Shown one piece after another: positions 25,832 to 32,000 of a DNA stretch of 32,000 bases (positions are counted from its first letter, which is position 1; the number at the start of each line of letters is the position of its first letter). The position numbers were made by a program, and so were the translations under genes. The stretch comes from Candidatus Lokiarchaeum ossiferum (lineage in GTDB: Archaea; Asgardarchaeota; Lokiarchaeia; Sigyniarchaeales; Promethearchaeaceae), in the NCBI GenBank assembly GCA_025839675.1, contig CP104013.1, forward strand, positions 2,580,001 through 2,612,000, read 5' to 3'. The notes under the pieces are model-generated. The model ran no database searches. It was not told the origin of the DNA and saw only the letters and a list, made by a program, of their open reading frames with translations.

Positions 25832-27259
25832 TTATTGGCCTGTACTTGATAACAAAATAGACACTACGAGCCCTAAAAGAAGCAAAACTAATAGAATAAA
25901 ATAATATTTTGGTTTCCATTTTTTGATATACTTCCCATCGAGTGCAAATCCCTTGAATTCGCCCGGAAACATATTAAATGTCCCTAAAACGCAATTTAAG
26001 GATCCCCCTTGTAAGAAAATCATCTTCAAAGTAGATAAGGATCCGGGGAGTATGAGTGAAATTAGAATAAATACTAATCCAAGGATGAAATTTGAAGCGG
26101 GACCCGCAATTTTAATCGCCCCCATTTTATCTTTATCATCGTCAGGATCAACCCCAACAGATACGGCAGCTCCGGGTAAAGCGATTGGAATTCCAATTAT
26201 TGCAGAACGAAGGGTTGTTTTCATCCCTACAGTTGTTAAACAAAAACGACTTTGGAAATGAAAATGTTTCCCTGTCTGTAGATGAGCGGTTTCATGCACA
26301 ATAAAAGACAGAGAAAAGATTAAAGCAATAGGGAGAGGTTCAAAAAATATTGCAGATATGCCGATAAAGTATTGATATTGGATATAATAATATAAAGCAG
26401 TTAATCCCATAACATTAATATAAGAGTGATACACCATAATAAAAAGTAAACTAAAGGCAACAAGAATATGCCATGTTTCACTCTTTTCTAATTTATAGAC
26501 CATTCCCAAATCTAATCCAGAATCTGGACGAAAGGCATTTGGAGGAATAGGCATTTTTCTTTTGACTAAAATGAAACTATTGGAAGTAAAGGAAGGATCC
26601 TCTGGATCCATAAAAATTGCATTCCGTCTTCGATAAGCAGGAGCCATAGATGGATCATGAACTGGGGGAACGGTGGGTGCCTGGGTTGGATCAAAATAAA
26701 CTCCACCAGATGACGATTCTTCGCTAGGTGCCACCGTTGGAGATTGAGTAGGATCAGTGAAGGAATGATGCGAGCGTGAAGGAGGTGCCACAGTAGAAGC
26801 AATTGTGGGATCTTTGAATGGTTCTTCATTTAATTTTTCTACTTGACTTGAACCACTTCCATTTGGAGTGTTAATTGTAGTATCATGAAAAATAAGATCC
26901 ATTTGAATCAACGTACCGTTTTCTTCGACAGGTACAATAATTTTATCACCATTTTTCAAGAGTTGTGGGGTTGTTTGTTTTAAATTCAAGTTTCCCAGGT
27001 AAGTTCCATTCGTACTATTTAGATCCTCGATGTAATAACGATCTCCTCTTAAAGAAATAATAAATTGTTGTTTAACATAACTCCCGGTTTTTGGATCTTT
27101 TCGAACACTCGAAATAGCGGAAAATAGTGCGGGATCAACGCTAAGTGTTGCAGATTTTTTGATATCCTTCTTTCCTATGTGAAAAACGTGTTGATTTTGA
27201 GGGAGGAGAATTTTACCACCAATTTTGGGAATTTCCAGATAAATTTCGCGAACAACCAT
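25832..27259 (-). CDS. FHA domain fused through a Pro/Ser/Thr-rich linker to an M50 site-2 protease membrane domain
   Basis: 475 aa. FHA core is ISLRGDRYYIEDLNSTNGTYLGN...LKNGDKIIVP. The membrane half carries an intramembrane HETAH (nt 26282-26296), AGPASNF, and the second S2P motif NMFPGEFKGFALDG (N..P....LDG). Confidence 0.8.
   Translation of the reverse strand: MVVREIYLEIPKIGGKILLPQNQHVFHIGKKDIKKSATLSVDPALFSAISSVRKDPKTGSYVKQQFIISLRGDRYYIEDLNSTNGTYLGNLNLKQTTPQLLKNGDKIIVPVEENGTLIQMDLIFHDTTINTPNGSGSSQVEKLNEEPFKDPTIASTVAPPSRSHHSFTDPTQSPTVAPSEESSSGGVYFDPTQAPTVPPVHDPSMAPAYRRRNAIFMDPEDPSFTSNSFILVKRKMPIPPNAFRPDSGLDLGMVYKLEKSETWHILVAFSLLFIMVYHSYINVMGLTALYYYIQYQYFIGISAIFFEPLPIALIFSLSFIVHETAHLQTGKHFHFQSRFCLTTVGMKTTLRSAIIGIPIALPGAAVSVGVDPDDDKDKMGAIKIAGPASNFILGLVFILISLILPGSLSTLKMIFLQGGSLNCVLGTFNMFPGEFKGFALDGKYIKKWKPKYYFILLVLLLLGLVVSILLSSTGQ
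26660..26815 (-). repeat. Coding tandem repeat in the FHA-S2P linker (three DPTxxxTVxP units)
   Basis: The units are DPTIASTVAPP, DPTQSPTVAPS and DPTQAPTVPPV, spaced 18-21 residues apart (protein residues about 149-200). Confidence 0.7.
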
Positions 27260-27324
27260 TGATCAATATATCTGTAAATTAAAGGTAAAAAGGTTCTGAT
27301 AAGAGAAGAAAAAAATTGAGACCT

Positions 27325-28332
27325 TCAATAAATGCCCGTAACCACGCGGCGTCCAAATTTATTAAACATTAATTTCCCACCTAAAATACCCATTAGCTGT
27401 CCAACATAAGAAGCAGTTGAGATTCCGGTGAAAAATATACCTAAAATTGCAAATACAGAGGAATAAGCAATTAAAAAATAAAGAATATATTTCGCTTTGA
27501 GTTTAACGGGAATGAAATAGAGATACATTCGCATTTCTCGATTTAAACCAACAAGATGCAATAGGAAAGTCATCATGCCAAGAATAGCGCACCATTGAGT
27601 AGAAATCAAGAATAAATCCAACAATCTCCCGATAGAAAGTATCATTCCTAAAGATTGGACAAGCACTATTGATAAAACACCCAATCCACCGCAAGCTAAA
27701 TAAATGGTAGCCATGAATTTTGATCCAAATTGCATTTCAATGGATTTACCAATAGAATAGAGCATTAATTCAGCAAAAAGTAATCCAAAAATATCGCGAG
27801 GGGCAAACATAGATGTTATTAAAGTTGGAATTGCTAAAATACTTGAAAATAGATTTAATGTATTGAATAGAATATATGGTTCCAATATTGGAAAGAGCGT
27901 TAGGACGAAGAAAAACGCTGATAAGCCCATAAACGTATAGGTGACTTGCATCTTATTTGTCCGTGAAATAAATGGACTATAATTTTCACCAGTGGGACGA
28001 CTGCCTCTAGTAGGAGGAGGGGGCATAGCTTGACGTTCTTGAGCCCGGATATAATCGCGCATTTCCCGTTCCATTTGTTTTTCGGTATCTTCAGGAGTGG
28101 TATAGTTCGGAGTATTAAAATTATTTTGAGCGGGATTATAAGATTCTTCTGGCACTGAAGTAGTTGATGAAGCAACTGTCGTCCGAGCACGAGGGTTATC
28201 ATTCATAGAAAACGTACAATCATGATTTTCAGGTAATCGATGTAGTTTACAAAAAGTTCCGCCACAATATCGACATTTAAAAGGGAGATAAGTCAACGTT
28301 TCGTTGCAATCGGGAGTATCGCATTTAACCAT
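27325..28332 (-). CDS. AN1-type zinc finger fused to a rhomboid-fold six-TM domain that lacks recognisable catalytic residues
   Basis: 335 aa with a GAGGA RBS. The AN1 pattern is C-x4-C-x10-C-x2-C-x4-C-x2-H-x5-H-x-C ([28 protein letters not shown]). The membrane part matches the rhomboid TM2-3 core (LITSMF...[28 protein letters not shown]). The HxxxN, GxSG and TM6 His positions read GLLFAE, TQWC and SYVGQ instead. Confidence 0.7.
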   Translation of the reverse strand: MVKCDTPDCNETLTYLPFKCRYCGGTFCKLHRLPENHDCTFSMNDNPRARTTVASSTTSVPEESYNPAQNNFNTPNYTTPEDTEKQMEREMRDYIRAQERQAMPPPPTRGSRPTGENYSPFISRTNKMQVTYTFMGLSAFFFVLTLFPILEPYILFNTLNLFSSILAIPTLITSMFAPRDIFGLLFAELMLYSIGKSIEMQFGSKFMATIYLACGGLGVLSIVLVQSLGMILSIGRLLDLFLISTQWCAILGMMTFLLHLVGLNREMRMYLYFIPVKLKAKYILYFLIAYSSVFAILGIFFTGISTASYVGQLMGILGGKLMFNKFGRRVVTGIY

Positions 28333-28491
28333 TTTTTTTTCCTCTTTATTAAATAATAGAAAATGTGCTTAGTTAAATAATTTAATGACACCTTTGTTCC
28401 TAAAGAGCATATTTTTCATGAATAACATTTAAGTTAAAAGGAATAGAATTTGACGAATAGAATAAAAATAAAACAAATTTCATCAATAAAT

Positions 28492-30486
28492 TCAGTTGAT
28501 TCCTTCGATTAATTGATTCACAAGGAATTTATCAGGCGTGTAGACACCACGGAAATGTTGATAAATTAAATTGAAGATTTCTTGTTTTTTGGAAGATTTC
28601 CCACTTTTTTTAAAACTAGTAAAGTCCATTTTCTTTAAAAAATGAGTTATTTTCTCGGTTAAAGCAATTTCACAATTTTTAACCATCGATTTATCAGCAA
28701 ACCACCATATATTTTCTTCATTTATAGAGAAAATTGGTAGTTTTTTCACCAACTCCATGAATTTCTCGAGATTCGCCATTGGAAATAGTCCTTGTTCGAA
28801 TAAAAATTCATCAATTAAATTAGAAATCCAAATGAAAGAAGTAGGTTCCCCGCGATGAAAGAGAATTTTTTGGATACAAGTGGAAATTTTGTTAATTATT
28901 TGTTCATCTGAAAATTTTTTCTGAGAATTTTCCCTTTGAGTTAAATAATCTTCATGATTTTTAGGTTTTTGAAATCGAATATAATAATCTCCAATAGGAG
29001 ATCCATTGTAATGAAGCATAGATTTAATTGAAACGCGAGGAGGAAGTTGGAATAAAATTTGTTTTAAAAGAAAAGAAGAATTTACGACAGAAGAAATTAA
29101 AGCATTACGAATTTTCAAAGAGGTGTTGTGAAAAGTAATTATCATAAAACGTTCAGGTTTTAAAACCCTATGCATTTCAGAGAATACTTGAGTAAGTCGG
29201 TCTTGATAAAAATCGATTTTTTTTCCTTGTTTTGAATTAATAACTATTTCTTCAGCTTCTATTTGTGAAATAAATTTTTCCATGTTCATATTGAGCCATG
29301 CACCCCAAAGAGATGATAGTTCCCCATATTGGATAGAATCCCCATAAGGTGGATCTGTAAATATAAAATCAATGGAAGCATCCGGAATGGGTAAAGAAGA
29401 GCTAGAAATATTGAGAAGGAAAACGGGAGTTTCAACAGATAACGTAGAGAACGAATCAGCTAAAGAGAATTTAAGAGATGATTGTAAGTTACGTTGATTT
29501 GAATCATTTTTACCTCGAAGAATCTTCTTGAATCGTTCGCAAAAACAATTCCACGGATTGACTTCAAAATATGAGGAGGGATCCCAAAAAAAATGATGAG
29601 TCCAAGAACCTACTTGTTTCTTTTTCAATTTCTTCCCGTTACGCTTATCGATCACCCACACCATTTTACTCGCTTGTCCAATAGCACTTGAAAACACAAA
29701 CATAAATATTTCAGAAAGATCTGTAAATGGAGTGGGCAAATTAATAATCAAATCTCTCAAATAAGTGAGGAAGACAAGGTTTCTTTTAGAAAAAAGCATA
29801 TCCAAACCATTATTAGACCGGAGATTATGACGGAGTTGTAAAAAGGGAACTTCATTTGTATACTTAAAATTAAAGAGAGGAGGATTAATTCGTTTAGTAT
29901 TTATCAAATTTTGCGCGAATTTTTCTCGTTCCAATATAGTTGTGAATGTTTTTTCTAAATATGAGGTATTTTGAGAAGAATTAACAATAATTTCTTTGCA
30001 CTTGGAGCATTGATAGCGGACTTCTTCAATTTCATCAACTTTTTCTAAACCATCATTTTTTCTTATTAAATGAGTCAAAATGGCAGATTGCCCACAAATA
30101 GGGCAATTAAATTGAAATAAATCATGATATAAAGAAGAGTTCTCCACTATTTGAGTTTGAAGAAATGTGAAGCAATCTTGCATCTTTTTTAGATCAACAC
30201 GGATTCCTGAATTTTTGCAAATAAACTGGGACATTGGATTAATATCAATCCCAATTGCCTTTCTTCCAGCAAAAATGGACTCTAAAACTGTAACTCCTGA
30301 TCCTAAAAATGGATCTAGAACGATCCCATTAAGCGGACAATACCGATTAATATATGAAGAAACAATGTTGGCAGGTTTTCTTGCCCAATACTTATGCATC
30401 AAATACATCGACGAATGAGTTTTTGGAAGAATGATATAATCTTGCTCTAAATCAGAAATTATATCTTCCTTTTTTTCATGGGCCAA
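28492..30486 (-). CDS. Zn-ribbon-containing DPPY methyltransferase (alpha-type order: motif X/I, insert, motif IV), probably N6-adenine DNA MTase
   Basis: 664 aa. TTG start at 30486, supported by an AGGAG RBS about 11 nt upstream. HKYWARKP plus the AdoMet motif DPFLGSG (nt 30295-30315). CxxC...CxxC ribbon (CPICGQ...CSKCKE). Catalytic motif FTDPPYG (DPPY at nt 29344-29355). The ~190-aa C-terminal region is unassigned. Confidence 0.75.
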   Translation of the reverse strand: MAHEKKEDIISDLEQDYIILPKTHSSMYLMHKYWARKPANIVSSYINRYCPLNGIVLDPFLGSGVTVLESIFAGRKAIGIDINPMSQFICKNSGIRVDLKKMQDCFTFLQTQIVENSSLYHDLFQFNCPICGQSAILTHLIRKNDGLEKVDEIEEVRYQCSKCKEIIVNSSQNTSYLEKTFTTILEREKFAQNLINTKRINPPLFNFKYTNEVPFLQLRHNLRSNNGLDMLFSKRNLVFLTYLRDLIINLPTPFTDLSEIFMFVFSSAIGQASKMVWVIDKRNGKKLKKKQVGSWTHHFFWDPSSYFEVNPWNCFCERFKKILRGKNDSNQRNLQSSLKFSLADSFSTLSVETPVFLLNISSSSLPIPDASIDFIFTDPPYGDSIQYGELSSLWGAWLNMNMEKFISQIEAEEIVINSKQGKKIDFYQDRLTQVFSEMHRVLKPERFMIITFHNTSLKIRNALISSVVNSSFLLKQILFQLPPRVSIKSMLHYNGSPIGDYYIRFQKPKNHEDYLTQRENSQKKFSDEQIINKISTCIQKILFHRGEPTSFIWISNLIDEFLFEQGLFPMANLEKFMELVKKLPIFSINEENIWWFADKSMVKNCEIALTEKITHFLKKMDFTSFKKSGKSSKKQEIFNLIYQHFRGVYTPDKFLVNQLIEGIN

Positions 30487-30560
30487 GATTTTTTTGCTCC
30501 TAAGGATGGATAAAATTTCAATTTGAAAAAGTTTTTTGGAAATCTCTCCAAAAGTTATAT

Positions 30561-31007
30561 ATGTCCAGCCAAATTACTCGGGAATTTAACAAAGAAATGG
30601 CAGTCGCTCTGAATGCTAATGTCAAAGTAATCTTAGAAATTGATTATCCAACTCATTTTTACATTGGAAAAATGACTGGGTTTGAAATGGGGTCCCAATC
30701 CATTTGTTTAGCAAATGCAAAAGATGATAAAAACAACAAATATGATAAAATTGTTATCCAAGGGTCTAAATGGATTTCATTTACATTGGAAGGAGAACCT
30801 TTCCCAATGCAAGAACTCGCTGCTCGTTTGCGTAAAATATTACCTGGTGAAGCTATAGAAATAGCTGAAGATAACACAGTTACGTTATTGGGTGGTAAAA
30901 TTAAAATTAGTGAAAATGGAGTAGAAGGCAGAGGACCAACTAAAAATCGTGTCCAAACAGTATTCGATAACTTTCTTGCTGATTGGCGAGATTCCCATAA
31001 AAAATAA
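30561..31007 (+). CDS. Sm-fold (LSm-like) protein with a C-terminal extension
   Basis: 148 aa. The N-terminal ~85 aa fit the Sm1/Sm2 pattern (VKVILEIDYPTHFYIGKMTGFEMGSQSICLANAKD....KIVIQGSKWISFTL). A further ~60 aa have unknown fold. By-eye call. Confidence 0.5.
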   Translation: MSSQITREFNKEMAVALNANVKVILEIDYPTHFYIGKMTGFEMGSQSICLANAKDDKNNKYDKIVIQGSKWISFTLEGEPFPMQELAARLRKILPGEAIEIAEDNTVTLLGGKIKISENGVEGRGPTKNRVQTVFDNFLADWRDSHKK

Positions 31008-31108
31008 TACATTTTTTTTCCTTTTCTTTCAAAATTTTACAATTTAAACTAATCACTTAGAAACCTTTTTTTCCTTCCTCGAAAAATAATATCTAGGAAT
31101 GAAAAAAA

Positions 31109-32000
31109 ATGCCCGAATTTGAACTTCTTAAGCAAAAGCATAATGATATATTTGGAGAAGACCCCGAATTAATCGTTCATGCTCCCGGGAGAGTCAACTT
31201 AATTGGTGAACATACAGATTATTCCAAAGGATTTGTTATGCCGATGGCAATCGATATGGGTATCACCGTGGCAATCTCGAAAATACCAGATTCGAATTTA
31301 ATTTCAGTGTATTCACTTGATTTTGATAAAAAAATGGTCGCAATGTACTCAGATTTGGTAAAAAGCAATGTAGATTGGTTTAATTATCCTATTGGAGTTG
31401 TGAAAGTTTTACAAAAGAAAGGTTACAAATTTGAAGGAATAAGAATAACATTTACAGGAAATGTGCCTCAAGGTGCGGGATTATCATCTTCTGCAGCATT
31501 GGAAGTTGGAGTTGCCTTTGCAATTCAAAAAATATATAATTTAGAAATTTCTGGAACAGAGATGGCCTTAATTTGCCAACAAGCAGAACATGAAGTCGTG
31601 GGTGTAAAATGTGGGATCATGGATCAATACATCTGCCGCATGGGTGCAGTTAACCAAGCGATGTTAATCGATTGTCAAAGTTTGGAATATCGATTAATTC
31701 CTTTGGATCTCGGAAATTATAAAATGATTATCACTAACTCAAATGTCCCTCACAAACTTTCTTCCAGTTTATACAATCAACGTGTTTCAGAATGTGAAGA
31801 AGCGGTGAAAATTTTATCGGAAGAAAAACCCGGAAAATTCTTACGTGATTATACAGAAGAGGATTATAAAAAAAGTCATGATATATTTCCTCCAGAGATT
31901 AGAAAGCGAGCTTTCCATGTCATTTCAGAAAATCAACGCGTATTAGATGCAGAAAAAGCACTTCAATCTCATGATCTAACAGCCTTTGGTAATTTAATGA
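31109..32000 (+). CDS. galK: Galactokinase (5-prime partial; continues past the window end)
   Basis: The ORF is not in the supplied track because it has no stop in the window. ATG at 31109 with an AGGAA RBS. Galactokinase signature GRVNLIGEHTDY. GHMP-kinase motif PQGAGLSSSAALEV. Confidence 0.93.
   Translation, partial: MPEFELLKQKHNDIFGEDPELIVHAPGRVNLIGEHTDYSKGFVMPMAIDMGITVAISKIPDSNLISVYSLDFDKKMVAMYSDLVKSNVDWFNYPIGVVKVLQKKGYKFEGIRITFTGNVPQGAGLSSSAALEVGVAFAIQKIYNLEISGTEMALICQQAEHEVVGVKCGIMDQYICRMGAVNQAMLIDCQSLEYRLIPLDLGNYKMIITNSNVPHKLSSSLYNQRVSECEEAVKILSEEKPGKFLRDYTEEDYKKSHDIFPPEIRKRAFHVISENQRVLDAEKALQSHDLTAFGNLM

Noticed and set aside
25923-28202. Nested ORFs in the FHA-S2P and AN1-rhomboid-like genes (25923-26261, 26566-26829, 27503-27694, 27900-28202; also 25731-25919, antisense to the alaX 3-prime end)
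   Set aside because: They are nested in genes with clear catalytic or domain motifs and have no independent support.
28492-31007. Possible restriction-modification or other defence system around the methyltransferase
   Set aside because: No endonuclease, specificity subunit, helicase or ATPase gene flanks it. The neighbours are an Sm-like protein and a rhomboid-like protein. It is treated as a solitary MTase, with the caveat that its C-terminal ~190 aa are unassigned.
1-32000. CRISPR arrays, tRNA/rRNA genes, transposons or prophage
   Set aside because: No regularly spaced direct repeats were seen. No GC-rich structured islands appear in the AT-rich intergenic regions. No transposase, integrase or phage structural motifs appear in any frame. 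This rests on visual inspection only, and a tRNAscan/Infernal run would be needed to be definitive.

Overview
The window is visibly AT-rich, densely coded on both strands, and has about 28 credible protein genes. I found no rRNA, tRNA, CRISPR array or transposase/integrase. The gene content reads as archaeal and, by inference, Asgard/Loki-like. Supporting this are AlaX-L with a DHHA1 tail, an Sm-fold protein, oligo-T tracts after genes, GGAGG-type ribosome-binding sites, and several eukaryote-flavoured domains (Rag/Gtr-like small GTPase, Kelch propeller, AN1 zinc finger, FHA). Firmly recognisable genes: rubrerythrin, galactokinase (runs off the 3-prime edge), alanyl-tRNA editing protein AlaX, an ABC-2 exporter (ATPase plus permeases), a B12-binding radical SAM enzyme, a hybrid PAS histidine kinase with receiver, an EamA/DMT transporter, a secreted HExxH metalloprotease, two acyltransferase-3 membrane proteins and a Zn-ribbon DPPY methyltransferase. 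Four things deserve a second look. (1) A minus-strand module (5958-9209) encodes an ArsR wHTH fused to a Rag/Gtr1-like GTPase domain, a polytopic membrane protein, and a dual-PAS protein whose N-terminal domain looks longin/roadblock-like. It sits divergent to the ABC operon. (2) An acyltransferase-3 domain is fused in frame to a second, paralogous ABC-2 permease. (3) Two intramembrane-protease-family genes lie in tandem with cytoplasmic signalling heads: FHA fused to an M50 site-2 protease, and an AN1 zinc finger fused to a rhomboid-fold domain that appears to lack every catalytic residue (Derlin-like pseudoprotease). (4) A frameshifted decayed duplicate of the metalloprotease 5-prime end lies 480 bp upstream of the real start. 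All family assignments are by-eye motif recognition and need HMM or structure confirmation.
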